Shown here in pieces: positions 1-10,485 of a DNA stretch of 64,000 nucleotides. Source of the stretch: an uncultured Actinomycetes bacterium (lineage in GTDB: Bacteria; Actinomycetota; Thermoleophilia; UBA2241); assembly GCA_963725665.1 (NCBI GenBank), contig CAVRZA010000001.1, forward strand, positions 448,001-512,000. Direction: 5' to 3'. How positions within the stretch are numbered: position 1 is the first letter of the stretch; every line of letters starts with the position of its first letter. The notes under the pieces were generated by a model, which saw only the letters and a list, made by a program, of their open reading frames with translations, was not told the DNA's origin and searched no databases. Made by a program: the position numbers and the translations under genes.

Positions 1-187
1 ACCCCGTCAGCGAGTGCGCGAGATCGGCGCCCGAGTGGATGTGTCCGGTCAGGACGAGCCAGATGAGCAGAGTCGCGCTGAAGACGGCCACGTTGACGAC
101 GACGCCGCTCAGACCTACGACGGCGAACCTGAGGAACTGCAGCGCGTCGGCGCGCAGCCCCTCTCCTGTCGCTGTCTGGCTGCTCAC
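1..187 (-). CDS. GtrA-family membrane protein (runs off window start)
   Basis: GTG at 187 overlaps the upstream stop (GTGA); manual translation gives QFLRFAVVGLSGVVVNVAVF, a typical GtrA N-terminus. Confidence 0.7.
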   Translation of the reverse strand, partial: MSSQTATGEGLRADALQFLRFAVVGLSGVVVNVAVFSATLLIWLVLTGHIHSGADLAHSLTG

Positions 188-915
188 GTCGCGTCGGTTC
201 CTTTCGCGCGCGCTCCGGCCACGTCTCGCCGCCCGTCGTCGTCCCAGCGTTCAAGCTGCGCCCGAGCGGTCTCGAAGTCGGTCAGCGGATGATAGGCGAT
301 GCCCTCGGCGGCGCACAGCTGCTGGAGGACCCCGCGGGCGAAGACGATGTCGGCTTCGCGCGCGAGACAGAGGTCGGCGACGCCGTCGCCGAACACAGCG
401 ACGGCGTCGCCGGCCCGCCGCAGCGCGCGCACGGCTGCCCCTTTGCAGCCGCCCGGCCCGCACCGCGGGCAATCGCCGAACAGGTCGTCGAGTACCACCG
501 TGTTGCCGCCCTGGGGCAAGGCTTCAAGCTCGCTCGCGTAGAGCTCGACCGGCGGCAGACGGTGCCGCTCCCAGACGCGCTCGATCGCCTCGCGGAAGCC
601 GACCGAGACGATGGCGACCCGCGCCCCGCCGGCAAGTGCCCAGTCGAGAAAGCCAGCCAGGCCCGGCGCCGGCTCGGCAAGGTCGGCCATGGCCGCGAAG
701 AGCTTGTCGCGAGGCGCCCGGGCGAGAGCGAACTGCTGCTTGAAACACTCGGCGTGGCTGAGGCTGCCGTCGAGCGCCCTGGCCTCCAGCGGGCGCCAGG
801 CGTCGCCGGTAAAGCGCTGCAGGATGATCTCGTTGCACTCGTCGACCGTCACGGTGCCGTCGTAGTCGAGGACGAGCAGAAGCTGCTCGAGATGACGGTG
901 GGCGTGCTGGTTCAT
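184..915 (-). CDS. HAD-IB phosphatase (MtnX-like)
   Basis: DYDGT motif I and GDGVAD motif; ATG at 915 preceded by GAGGAG. Confidence 0.8.
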   Translation of the reverse strand: MNQHAHRHLEQLLLVLDYDGTVTVDECNEIILQRFTGDAWRPLEARALDGSLSHAECFKQQFALARAPRDKLFAAMADLAEPAPGLAGFLDWALAGGARVAIVSVGFREAIERVWERHRLPPVELYASELEALPQGGNTVVLDDLFGDCPRCGPGGCKGAAVRALRRAGDAVAVFGDGVADLCLAREADIVFARGVLQQLCAAEGIAYHPLTDFETARAQLERWDDDGRRDVAGARAKGTDAT

Positions 916-1144
916 GCGTCTCCTCATCAGGGTCACACCCATTCTATGCCGTCTGCTAGAATTGACCGCCCGACGCGACTGGTCCTCCGAGGGACGATTG
1001 CCTGCACATGCGTGCGAGCGTGCGAGGCAGACGCCCGCCGCGCCGCGCCGGCGCGCCGCCGGCGGCGGCCGGCGAGCCGGTCGGTCCGGCCCGGCGACCG
1101 CCGCCGGGCAGCATCCGTCGGCGAACGACTGAAAGACCGAGGCC

Positions 1145-4100
1145 TTGGTGAACGACGACAAGCGATCGCGCTTTCGCGACGTCTCCCCGCGCGTCGAGTT
1201 CCCCGAACTCGACGCGCGCATCCTCGCCTTCTGGAGGGAGCGCCGCATCTTCGAGAAGAGCCTCGCCCTGCGCGAGGACGCGCCGCTCTTCGTCTTCTAC
1301 GAAGGCCCTCCGACGGCCAACGGGCGCCCGGGTGCGCACCACGTGCTCTCGCGCGTCTTCAAAGACATCTTCCCCCGCTACAAGACGATGCGTGGCTTCA
1401 AGGTCCCGCGCAAGGCGGGCTGGGACACGCACGGTCTGCCCGTCGAGCTCGAGATCGAGCGCCGGCTGGGCATCAACGGCAAGAAGGAGATCGAGGAGTA
1501 CGGCATCGTCGAGTTCAACCGTCTCTGCAAGGAGAGCGTCCTCACCTACCTCGAGGAGTGGGACCGCCTGACCGAGCGCATCGGTTTCTGGATCGACCTC
1601 GGCGACGCCTACTACACGTTCACCAACGAGTACATCGAGACGGTGTGGTGGCTGCTGCGCCAGATCTGGGACAAGGACCTCCTCTACCAGGGGTACAAGG
1701 TGGTGCCCTACTGCCCTCGCTGCGGCACGGCCATCTCGAGCCACGAGGTGTCGCAGGGCTACCAGGAGATCGAAGAGCCAAGCGTCTACGTGCGCTTCCC
1801 GCTGCACGCGGAGGGCGCCGCGCTGCTCGCAGGCGAGGTTGAGGGCGGCGACGCCGCCGAAGAGGGCGGTGCCGCGTCGTTGCTCGTCTGGACCACGACC
1901 CCCTGGACGCTGATCTCGAACGTCGCCGCCGCCGTGCACCCCGACATCGAGTACGCGCTCGCCGAGAGCCGCGGCGAGCGCTTCGTGCTCGCCGCCGACC
2001 TCGTCGAGCCCGTCTTGGGCAAGGGCGCCCGCATCCTGGGCACGTTCCCCGGCAGCCGTCTGGTCGGACTGGGCTACGAGCCGCCTTACACCTTCGTCAC
2101 GCCCGACAAGCCGGCCTTCGTGGTAGTCCCCGGCGACTACGTGACCACGACCGAGGGCACAGGCGTCGTGCACACCGCGCCGGCCTTCGGCGAGGACGAC
2201 ATGCGCGTCTGCCTCGAGAACGACCTTCCCGTGCTGAACCCTGTCGATGGTGAGGGCAAGTTCGCCGCCGAGGTGACGCCCTGGGCAGGCGTCTTCGTCA
2301 AGGACGCCGACCCGCGCATCATCGCCGACCTGCGCCGGCGCGGCTTGCTCGTCGCCGAGGTCCCCTACGCGCACAGCTACCCCTTCTGCTGGCGCTGTGA
2401 CACGCCGCTCCTCTACTACTCGAAGTCGACCTGGTTCATCCGCACCACGGGCGTCAAGAAGGAGCTGCTGGCGGCCAACGACGCCGTCACCTGGTACCCG
2501 GAGCACATCAAGCGCGGGCGCTTCGGCGAGTGGCTCGAGAACAACGTCGACTGGGCCCTGTCGCGTGACCGCTACTGGGGTACCCCGCTGCCGGTGTGGC
2601 GCTGCGACGAGGGGCACGTGCACTGCGTCGGCAGCGTCGCCGAGCTGCGCGAGCTGGCGGTCACGCCGCCGCCCGACGACCTCGACCTGCACCGCCCCTA
2701 CGTCGACGAGGTCGTCCTGCGCTGTTCGGAGTGCGGCGGCGAGATGCACCGCGTGCCCGAGGTCATCGACGCCTGGTTCGACTCGGGCGCCATGCCCTAC
2801 GCGCAGTGGCACTATCCGTTCGAGAACACGGACACCTTCAAGGCCCGCTTTCCCGCCGACTTCATCGCCGAGGCCATCGATCAGACGCGGGGCTGGTTCT
2901 ACAGCCTGCTCGCCGAGGGCACCCTGCTCTTCGGCGAGAGCAGCTTCCGCACCGTCCTCTGCCTGGGCCACATCCTCGACGCCGAGGGCCAGAAGATGAG
3001 CAAGAGCCGCGGCAACGTGGTCGAGCCCGACGCCGTGCTCGACCGCCAAGGGGCCGATGCCTTCCGTTGGTACCTCTTCACCGTCTCGAGCCCCTGGTAT
3101 GTGCGCCGCTTCTCCCCCGAGATGGTCGACGAGGTGGTGCGCAAGTTCCTCCTCACGCTGTGGAACACCTACAGCTTCTTCACCGTCTACGCCAACATCG
3201 ACCGCTTCGATCCCACCGCCGAGCCCGTGCCGGTGGCCGAACGGGCGCTGCTCGACCGCTGGATCATCGGCGAGCTCAATCGCCTCGTCCGCGATGTGAC
3301 GAGCGGTCTCGAGGACTACGATGCGACGACCACGGGCCGGGCCATCCAGCAGTTCGTCGAAGACCTCTCGAACTGGTACGTGCGCCGCAGCCGGCGACGC
3401 TTCTGGAAGGGCGGCCACGACCGCGACAAGCTGGCCGCCTACCACACGCTCTACGAGTGCCTTGTTACGTTGGCCAAGCTGCTGGCGCCGTACACGCCCT
3501 TCATCGCCGAGGAGCTCTACCAAAACCTCGCGTGCTCCGTCGACGCGACGGTGCCCGAGAGCGTGCACCTCTGCGACTGGCCCGTCGCCGACGCCGATCT
3601 GATCGACGAGGCGGTGGGCTTCGACATGGCCGCCGCGCGCCAGGTCGTCGAGCTCGGGCGCGCGGCGCGCAACGGCGCCGGCGTCAAGACGCGCCAGCCG
3701 CTGCGCGAGGTCGCCGTGGCGGTCGGCGAGGCGCGCGAGCGCGCGGCGCTCGCGCGCCTCGCCGACCTCATCGTCGATGAGCTCAACGTGAAGGGGCTGC
3801 GCTTCGTCGAGAGCGCCGACGAGCTCTCTGGGGTGCGCGTCAAACCCAACCTGCCGGTGCTCGGACCCAAGCACGGCAAGCTCCTGCCGCAGATCAAGGC
3901 CGCGCTGGAGCTCGTGGAACCCGCGGCCTTCGTCGCCGAGCTCCGCAGCCGCGGCGCGCTCGCCCTGGCGCTCCCCGATGGCGCTGAGGTCGAGCTCAGC
4001 GAGGGCGACCTCCTGATCGAGACGACGGCCGCCGAGGGCTACCGCGTGGAGCGCCAGGGCGAGCGCGCCGTAGCCCTTGCCGTCGAGATAGACGGGCCGC

Positions 4101-4387
4101 TGCGCGAGGAAGGGCTGGCGCGCGAGATCGTGCACGCGGTTCAACTCTCGCGCAAGAACGCCGATTTACGCATCGAGGACACGATAAGCCTGGCGTTGCG
4201 CGTGCCCGACAGCGTGCGGCAGGTGGTGGAGCGCTTCGCGTCGTACATCAAGGGCGAGACGCTGGCGAGTGAGTTCAGTCTCGACGGTGGCGAGCGCGAC
4301 CACAACGAGACGGCCCGCGTCGACGGACACGAGATAGACATCGGTCTGTCGGCGACGGGAACGATCTTCACCGAGACGTACGGCTAG
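1145..4387 (+). CDS. ileS: Isoleucine--tRNA ligase
   Basis: EGPPTANG..HH, GWDTHGLPVE, WTTTPWTL, DWALSRDRYWG and KMSKS motifs; 1080 aa. Confidence 0.97.
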   Translation: MVNDDKRSRFRDVSPRVEFPELDARILAFWRERRIFEKSLALREDAPLFVFYEGPPTANGRPGAHHVLSRVFKDIFPRYKTMRGFKVPRKAGWDTHGLPVELEIERRLGINGKKEIEEYGIVEFNRLCKESVLTYLEEWDRLTERIGFWIDLGDAYYTFTNEYIETVWWLLRQIWDKDLLYQGYKVVPYCPRCGTAISSHEVSQGYQEIEEPSVYVRFPLHAEGAALLAGEVEGGDAAEEGGAASLLVWTTTPWTLISNVAAAVHPDIEYALAESRGERFVLAADLVEPVLGKGARILGTFPGSRLVGLGYEPPYTFVTPDKPAFVVVPGDYVTTTEGTGVVHTAPAFGEDDMRVCLENDLPVLNPVDGEGKFAAEVTPWAGVFVKDADPRIIADLRRRGLLVAEVPYAHSYPFCWRCDTPLLYYSKSTWFIRTTGVKKELLAANDAVTWYPEHIKRGRFGEWLENNVDWALSRDRYWGTPLPVWRCDEGHVHCVGSVAELRELAVTPPPDDLDLHRPYVDEVVLRCSECGGEMHRVPEVIDAWFDSGAMPYAQWHYPFENTDTFKARFPADFIAEAIDQTRGWFYSLLAEGTLLFGESSFRTVLCLGHILDAEGQKMSKSRGNVVEPDAVLDRQGADAFRWYLFTVSSPWYVRRFSPEMVDEVVRKFLLTLWNTYSFFTVYANIDRFDPTAEPVPVAERALLDRWIIGELNRLVRDVTSGLEDYDATTTGRAIQQFVEDLSNWYVRRSRRRFWKGGHDRDKLAAYHTLYECLVTLAKLLAPYTPFIAEELYQNLACSVDATVPESVHLCDWPVADADLIDEAVGFDMAAARQVVELGRAARNGAGVKTRQPLREVAVAVGEARERAALARLADLIVDELNVKGLRFVESADELSGVRVKPNLPVLGPKHGKLLPQIKAALELVEPAAFVAELRSRGALALALPDGAEVELSEGDLLIETTAAEGYRVERQGERAVALAVEIDGPLREEGLAREIVHAVQLSRKNADLRIEDTISLALRVPDSVRQVVERFASYIKGETLASEFSLDGGERDHNETARVDGHEIDIGLSATGTIFTETYG

Positions 4388-4403
4388 TGGGGAGGCGACA
4401 AGA

Positions 4404-5099
4404 GTGAACGCGCACAGCGAGTCGTCGCTGCAGGTCATCGAGGACCTCGCCCGGCCCACGGCGCACGACGGGCTGCTCGATCTCGAGACCGGCGTCGGCG
4501 ACGTGGCCTTTGCCTTCGCGGGGTCCGTCAAGAGTGTGGAGGCGGTTGACGATCGCCCCGAGATGATCGACGAGGCCGGCCGTCTGGCTCGGGAGATGAA
4601 GGTCTCCGGCGTCTCGTTCCGCCGCGCCGATCTCTACTCTCTGCCGTTCGATGACGGCGACTTCAGCCTCGTCGTCTGCCGCAACGGCCTGCATCGCCTG
4701 CCCGAGCCGGTCGCCGCGCTGAAGGAGGCGACACGAGTCTTGAGCCCCGGTGGGCGCATGGTGGTCTTCGAGACGAGTGTGTCCGAGGTAGTCGACCGCC
4801 CGCTGAACGAGCTCGCCAAGTTGCGCGAGCCCGCCCATCGGCGGTACTACCGGCTCGACGAGTATCGCGAACTGTTCGAGAAGGCGGGCTTGCGCGTCGA
4901 CGAGGAGCGCGAGGACCGGCGTACCGTCGACCTCGACTACTGGCTCGAGGCGGCCGGCGCGTCGCACGAACATCGCGAGATCGTGCAGTCACGTCTGCAG
5001 GAGCTACCCGTGAGGGTGCAGGGGGGGATGGACCTTGCTTTCGCCGACCAGCTCGTGTCGTTCTCCTACGACGTGGTCGGCTTTCGCCTGTCGCGCTAG
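4404..5099 (+). CDS. Class I SAM-dependent methyltransferase (UbiE-like)
   Basis: LLDLETGVG motif I variant, LPFDDGDF, RVLSPGG. Confidence 0.8.
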   Translation: MNAHSESSLQVIEDLARPTAHDGLLDLETGVGDVAFAFAGSVKSVEAVDDRPEMIDEAGRLAREMKVSGVSFRRADLYSLPFDDGDFSLVVCRNGLHRLPEPVAALKEATRVLSPGGRMVVFETSVSEVVDRPLNELAKLREPAHRRYYRLDEYRELFEKAGLRVDEEREDRRTVDLDYWLEAAGASHEHREIVQSRLQELPVRVQGGMDLAFADQLVSFSYDVVGFRLSR

Positions 5100-5126
5100 C
5101 CGCAGCCGGCGGAGCGCCCGCCGATC

Positions 5127-5441
5127 CTAGCCGAGGAAGTCGCTCAGCTCCTCGATCAGCTTCGGTTTGGGCAGAGCGCCCACGACCCGCTTGACGATGG
5201 CGCCCTTCTCGAAGGCCAGCAGCGTGGGGATGCTCATCACCTCGTAGCCCTGAGCGACGCTGGGATTCTCGTCGACGTTGAGCTGCACGAACCTGACGCC
5301 GGGGTAGTCGCCCTCGAGCTCGTCGAGCACCGGTCCGACCATGCGGCACGGACCACACCACTCGGCCCAGAAATCGACTAGCACCTTGCCGGGTGCCTGC
5401 AGCACCTCGGCGTCGAAGGTCTCCTGCGACACAGCTTCCAC
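5127..5441 (-). CDS. trxA: Thioredoxin
   Basis: WCGPC active site; GTG at 5441 with GGAGG upstream. Confidence 0.95.
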   Translation of the reverse strand: MEAVSQETFDAEVLQAPGKVLVDFWAEWCGPCRMVGPVLDELEGDYPGVRFVQLNVDENPSVAQGYEVMSIPTLLAFEKGAIVKRVVGALPKPKLIEELSDFLG

Positions 5442-5452
5442 GAAACGTCCTC

Positions 5453-6562
5453 CTAGGATGGGCTCTCGTCGCCGCTCGCGGCCTGCTCTCCGGCCACGCT
5501 CGCGGTCCCCTCGACGCTGCCGCCGTCGCCGTCTCGGGTCTCGTTCAGTCCGGCCTCGCACGCGGCTGTGGTCGCGCCGGTTGCCTCGACGCACGCCAGC
5601 GTATCGAGGTACTTCTCGGCCTGGATGCCGGCCAAAGCGCCCTCGCCCACGGCCCAGGCGATCTGCTTGATAGGCCCGACCTTGGCGTCGCCGCAGGCGA
5701 ACACCCCCGGCTGGCTCGTGCGCAGCAGCTCGTCGGTCACGATGTAGCCCCACTGGTCGAGCTCGACGACGTTGACCAGGAACCCAGTGTTTGGGAGCTG
5801 CCCGACGTAGATGAACACGCCATCGGCGGGCACGGTCGAAAGCGCCTTCGTCTTGACGTTCTGGATCTCGACACCCTCGACCTTGGTCTCGCCGCGGATG
5901 ACGCGCGGCACCGAGTCCCAGACGAAGTGCATCTTGCGGTTGGCGAAGGCGCGTTCCTGGGCGGTCTTGTTGGCGCGCAGCTCGTCGCGGCGATGGATCA
6001 CGTGCACGGTCTCGGCGAACTTGGTGAGGAAGAGCCCCTCCTCGATGGCCGAGTCGCCGCCCCCTATCACCGCCAGTTGCTTGCCGCGGTAGAGGGCGCC
6101 GTCACAGGTCGCGCAGTACGAGACGCCCCTGCCGAGGAACTCGGCCTCACCCGGTACGCCGACCATCTTGGGCACGACGCCGGGGGCCAGGATGATCACT
6201 CTGCCCGTGAGCGTCTCCTGGTCGGTGATGACGGTCCACAGCCCGCCCGCGGCCGGCTCCATGGCGGCCACGGTCGTGATCTCGCGCAGGTCGGCACCGA
6301 ACTGGGTCGCCTGCTTCTTCATCTTCTCGGTCAGGTCGAAGCCGGGGATGCCCTCGGGAAAGCCGGGGTAGTTCTCGATGCGCTCGGTGAGCGCCATCTG
6401 GCCGCCGGCGGTGTTGCGCTCGAGGATGACCGTCGAGAGGCGCGCCCGCGCGGTGTAGATGCCGGCGGTGAGGCCCGATGGACCGGCGCCGACGATGACG
6501 ATGTCGAACGTTCCGGAGGCGCCGGAGCGAGGCTCTTGCGGCAGGATGAACTCGAGCGACAT
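5453..6562 (-). CDS. trxB: Thioredoxin reductase
   Basis: GAGPSG, CATCDG, GGGDSA and HRRD motifs; adjacent to trxA. Confidence 0.95.
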   Translation of the reverse strand: MSLEFILPQEPRSGASGTFDIVIVGAGPSGLTAGIYTARARLSTVILERNTAGGQMALTERIENYPGFPEGIPGFDLTEKMKKQATQFGADLREITTVAAMEPAAGGLWTVITDQETLTGRVIILAPGVVPKMVGVPGEAEFLGRGVSYCATCDGALYRGKQLAVIGGGDSAIEEGLFLTKFAETVHVIHRRDELRANKTAQERAFANRKMHFVWDSVPRVIRGETKVEGVEIQNVKTKALSTVPADGVFIYVGQLPNTGFLVNVVELDQWGYIVTDELLRTSQPGVFACGDAKVGPIKQIAWAVGEGALAGIQAEKYLDTLACVEATGATTAACEAGLNETRDGDGGSVEGTASVAGEQAASGDESPS

Positions 6563-6573
6563 CGGTAGGACGC

Positions 6574-7617
6574 CTAGTATAGCATCCGTTGCCGGCGTCC
6601 GAGGGCGCCGCGACGCACGAGCTCTTCGGCGATCTGCACCGCGTTGAGGGCGGCTCCCTTGCGCAGGTTGTCGGCGACGACCCACATGACGAGGCCGTTC
6701 GTCACCGTTTCGTCCTCACGGATGCGTCCGACGTAGACCGGATCGCGGCCCTCGGCTGCCAGCGGAGTCGGGTAGGCTAGCGCGCCGGGGTCGTCGACGA
6801 CCTCGACGCCGGGCGCCCGCCGGAGGAGCTCGCGAGCCTCAGGGGCCGTGAGCTTGCGTCGCGTCTCGACGCTCACCACTTCGGAGTGCGCGCCGTAGAC
6901 GGGCACGCGCACGCACGTCGCCGCGACGGCAAGCTCCGGGTCGGCGAAGATCTTCTGCGTCTCGTCGGCCATCTTCTGCTCCTCCCTGGTGTAGCCCGAG
7001 GGCAGGAAGGAGTCGATGTGCGGCAGCAGGTTGAAAGCGATCTGGTACGGGAAGTGCTCGGGCTCGACCGGCCGTCCCGCGACGACCTGGGCCGCCTGGT
7101 GCTCGAGCGCGTCGACGGCGCGCTTGCCGGCTCCCGAGACCGACTGGTAGGTCGAGACGACGACGCGGCGGATGCCGGCGGCGTCGTAGATCGGCTTGAG
7201 CGCCACGACCATCTGGATGGTCGAGCAGTTGGGTGTCGCGATGAGGCCGGCATGCGACTCGAGGGCGTCGGGGTTGACCTCGGGTACGACGAGAGGCACG
7301 GAGGGGTCCTGACGGAAGACGCTCGACTTGTCGATCACGGTCGCCCCGGCGGCCACGGCCTTGGGCGTGTACTGCCTGCTGGCGGCGCCGCCGGCGGCGA
7401 AGAAGGCCAGGTCGACGCCGGCGAACGAGTCATCGTCCAGCGTCTCGACCGTGAGACTCGCGCCGCGGAAGGCGAGCTGCGCCCCGCGCGAGCGTTCGCT
7501 CGCCAGCAGGCGCAGCTCGCCCACCGGGAACGCGCGCTCCTCGAGGATCTGACGCACGGTCGTGCCCACGACGCCGGTCGCCCCGGCGATCGCCACGGTG
7601 TAGGTGCGCTCAGCCAC
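6574..7617 (-). CDS. asd: Aspartate-semialdehyde dehydrogenase
   Basis: GATGVVG, PNCST, QSVSGAG and [16 protein letters not shown] motifs. Confidence 0.96.
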   Translation of the reverse strand: MAERTYTVAIAGATGVVGTTVRQILEERAFPVGELRLLASERSRGAQLAFRGASLTVETLDDDSFAGVDLAFFAAGGAASRQYTPKAVAAGATVIDKSSVFRQDPSVPLVVPEVNPDALESHAGLIATPNCSTIQMVVALKPIYDAAGIRRVVVSTYQSVSGAGKRAVDALEHQAAQVVAGRPVEPEHFPYQIAFNLLPHIDSFLPSGYTREEQKMADETQKIFADPELAVAATCVRVPVYGAHSEVVSVETRRKLTAPEARELLRRAPGVEVVDDPGALAYPTPLAAEGRDPVYVGRIREDETVTNGLVMWVVADNLRKGAALNAVQIAEELVRRGALGRRQRMLY

Positions 7618-8866
7618 GCACGCTCCCGCGATCGGCAGCCTCGAGCGTCGCGGGCTTGTCGAGCTGGAAGGCGTCGTGCAGCGCCCGCACGGCCTCTTCG
7701 ACGCGGTCCTTGGCGATGATGGCCGAGATCTTGATCGGTGAGGTTGAGATCATCTCCAGGTTGATGCCCCGCTCGGCCAGGGTACGGAACATGAGCGCGG
7801 CGACACCGGGGTTCGAGCGCATGCCGGCCCCCACGATGCTGACCATGGCGATGCCGTTGTCGACCTGGTACTCGCGCGCCGCGAGCTCCTCGACGACGCG
7901 GTCGAGCGCGGCGGCAGCCGGGCGCAGGTCGTCGACCGGCACCGTTACCGAGATGTCGGAGTGACCCTGCTCGCCGACGTTCTGGATGATCATGTCGATG
8001 TTGACCTGGGCGTCGGCGAGAGCACCGAAGACGCGCGCCGCGACACCGGGGTGGTCGGGCACCCCGCGCAGCGTGACCTTGGCCTGGTCGACGGAGTAGG
8101 TGACGCCGCTGATGAGGGGCTGCTCCATGCTTGCACCTTCCTTGCTCACCCACGTGCCCGGGCCGTCTGAGAAGCTCGAGCGCACGTGGATCTTCACACC
8201 GTAGCGGCGCGCGTACTCGACGGAACGCAGGGCGAGGACCTGAGCGCCCGAGGCCGCCAGCTCCAGCATCTCCTCGTAGGAGACGCGGTCGAGCTTGCGC
8301 GCGTTGGGGACGAGGTTCGGGTTGGCGGTGTAGACGCCGCCGACGTCGGTGTAGATCTCGCAGCTCTCGGCGCCCAGGGCGTGAGCGAGGGCGACGGCCG
8401 TGGTGTCGGAGCCGCCGCGGCCGAGGGTGGTGACGTCCTTGTCGGTCGAGACGCCCTGGAAGCCGGCGACCAGGACGATGCGTCCGTTCTCGAGCGCCTC
8501 CTCCACGCGAAAGGCGCGGATGTCGAGGATCTGCGCCCGGGTGTGCGTGGAGTCGGTCACGATGCCGGCCTGTGAGCCGGTGAAGCTCACGGCGTGGTGG
8601 CCGAGCCCGTGGATGGCCATGGCGAGCAAGGCGCACGAGATGCGCTCCCCGGTCGAGAGCAACATGTCGAGCTCGCGTTCCGGGGGATGCGGCGAGATCT
8701 CGTAGGCCATGGCCAGCAGCTCGTCGGTCGTGTCGCCGCGCGCCGAGACCACCGCGCACACCTTGTGACCCTGTTCGGCGGTCGCGACGATGCGCTGCGC
8801 GACGCTGAGGGTGCGCTGGCTGTTGGCGACGGACGTGCCCCCGTACTTCTGCACCACGGTTGCCAA
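7610..8866 (-). CDS. lysC: Aspartate kinase
   Basis: [19 protein letters not shown] and two ACT domains; probable TTG start at 8866; overlaps asd start. Confidence 0.95.
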   Translation of the reverse strand: MATVVQKYGGTSVANSQRTLSVAQRIVATAEQGHKVCAVVSARGDTTDELLAMAYEISPHPPERELDMLLSTGERISCALLAMAIHGLGHHAVSFTGSQAGIVTDSTHTRAQILDIRAFRVEEALENGRIVLVAGFQGVSTDKDVTTLGRGGSDTTAVALAHALGAESCEIYTDVGGVYTANPNLVPNARKLDRVSYEEMLELAASGAQVLALRSVEYARRYGVKIHVRSSFSDGPGTWVSKEGASMEQPLISGVTYSVDQAKVTLRGVPDHPGVAARVFGALADAQVNIDMIIQNVGEQGHSDISVTVPVDDLRPAAAALDRVVEELAAREYQVDNGIAMVSIVGAGMRSNPGVAALMFRTLAERGINLEMISTSPIKISAIIAKDRVEEAVRALHDAFQLDKPATLEAADRGSVRG

Positions 8867-9027
8867 GGGACCTGCAGACCTCCCTGCGGGTGGGCCGACC
8901 ACCGACCGGCAACGTGAGGCCCGGTGGCGGTCCCACCGATGGGGATCCGGCACTCCTGCGATTCGACCCGCAGCGACCCGGACCTGCCGACCGAGTGCCC
9001 AGTGTACCGGATTGCGCGGGAAGCGCT

Positions 9028-9762
9028 CTACGCCTTCATGCCCTCGGGGAGCGGCGCGATGGGGGGCAGGGAGCGCTTGTGCGCGCTCGCGGCGGCGAGC
9101 GCCTCGATGCGCTCCCTGCCCGTCGAGCTCGCGCCGCCCAGGTAGGCGTCGAGCTCGGCGTAGGTCAGTCCCATCTCATGCTCGTCGGTCTGTCCCGGCC
9201 AGAGGCCGGCGGAGGGAGGCTTCTCGATGATGCGCCGCGGCACGTCCAGGTGCTCGGCCAGGTCTCTCACGCGCGTCTTGGTCAGGTTGCCCAACGGCAG
9301 CAGGTCGGCGCCGCCGTCGCCGTACTTCGTGAAGTAGCCGACGGCCAGCTCGCTGCGGTTGCCGCAGCCGATCACACGGTAGCCGAGGTGGTTGGCGAAG
9401 GCGTAGAGGGTCGTCATGCGCAGGCGCGGCTTGATGTTGGCGCGCGCCAGGTCGTCCTCCGCCAGGTCTGTGAGTGTCTCGCTCAGGCGAGCGCAGAGCA
9501 GGTCGAACGTTTCGGAGAGGTCGACGGTGGCCGAGGCGAGGCCGATGTGGTGCGCGACCAGGTGCGCGTCCGTGGCGTCGGCGGGGTCGCTGTGGCAGGG
9601 CATGACCAGGCCCAGTGAGTGGTGCGGGAAGGCACGTATGCAGAGCGCCGCCACTGCGGCCGAATCGAGGCCTCCGGAGAGGCCGAAGACCGCCCCGGTG
9701 CCGCCGCTTGCCGTCACCGTGTCCCTGATCCAGTCGCTGAGATGAGCCGCGAGCTTCTCCAC
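9028..9762 (-). CDS. nadE: NH3-dependent NAD+ synthetase
   Basis: [25 protein letters not shown] and KPPSAGL motifs; GTG at 9762 with AAGGAGG. Confidence 0.95.
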   Translation of the reverse strand: MEKLAAHLSDWIRDTVTASGGTGAVFGLSGGLDSAAVAALCIRAFPHHSLGLVMPCHSDPADATDAHLVAHHIGLASATVDLSETFDLLCARLSETLTDLAEDDLARANIKPRLRMTTLYAFANHLGYRVIGCGNRSELAVGYFTKYGDGGADLLPLGNLTKTRVRDLAEHLDVPRRIIEKPPSAGLWPGQTDEHEMGLTYAELDAYLGGASSTGRERIEALAAASAHKRSLPPIAPLPEGMKA

Positions 9763-9843
9763 GGGTGCCTCCTTCGCGCTGTCGGACAGGAGCATACAGC
9801 AGCCGGTCACAGGTGGTGCGCCGGCTGAGCGTAGACTGCGCGC

Positions 9844-10485
9844 GTGAAACTCAGAGCCAGATTCGGACATCTCCCCGGTGCCGTGCCTCGATCGGATGCC
9901 AACTCGCGGGACGAAGCCGCCCGCCGCGAACGCCGCTTTCGGGCGATATACCAAGCCGACTTCGCCGCCGTGCTGGGCTACGCGCTGCGGCGGACGAACA
10001 GAGCCGAGGACGCCGCCGATGTCGTAGCGGAGACCTTCCTCGTCGCCTGGCGGCGGTTCGACGACGTGCCACCCCTCGGCGAGAGCCGTCTCTGGTTGTA
10101 CGCCGTGGCGCGGAGGGTGCTGGCCAACCACAGGCGCGGCGAGCGGCGTCGGAGCGCCCTCGGCGAGGCGCTGGCGCGCGACCTCGTCGGCGTCTGTGAG
10201 GACCCGCGTCCCTCCGATCTCGAGCCCCTCGCACGTGCCTGGGCGGACCTGCGGGAAGCCGACCGGGACATCCTCGGTCTGGCCGCCTGGGAGGGACTCA
10301 GCGGCGACCGGCTGGCAGCCGTCGTCGGCTGCTCGCGGACCGCCGCCAAGCTGAGGCTGCACCGCGCCCGCCGCCGCTTCGCCAAGGAGCTGCGACGCAT
10401 CGGATTCGAGTGGAAACCCGTGCAGGCGATCGGACATGTGCAGGGTGGACGGGCATCCGCCCGCCCCGGTACGGAGGAGACGTGA
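9844..10485 (+). CDS. ECF-type RNA polymerase sigma factor
   Basis: DAADVVAETFLVAWRR region 2 and RLHRARRRF region 4; exact start uncertain. Confidence 0.9.
   Translation: MKLRARFGHLPGAVPRSDANSRDEAARRERRFRAIYQADFAAVLGYALRRTNRAEDAADVVAETFLVAWRRFDDVPPLGESRLWLYAVARRVLANHRRGERRRSALGEALARDLVGVCEDPRPSDLEPLARAWADLREADRDILGLAAWEGLSGDRLAAVVGCSRTAAKLRLHRARRRFAKELRRIGFEWKPVQAIGHVQGGRASARPGTEET

Noticed and set aside
940-1145. T-box riboswitch upstream of ileS
   Set aside because: Expected in many Actinomycetota, but no TGGNACCGCG-type T-box sequence is visible.
956-4144. Long antisense and alternative-frame ORFs (e.g. 956-4144 minus, 21701-24637 plus)
   Set aside because: Shadow frames of real genes in high-GC DNA; 21701-24637 only borrows part of the frameshifted ATPase.
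8870-9025. Lysine riboswitch before aspartate kinase
   Set aside because: GC-rich stems are possible, but the conserved lysine-riboswitch motifs were not found.
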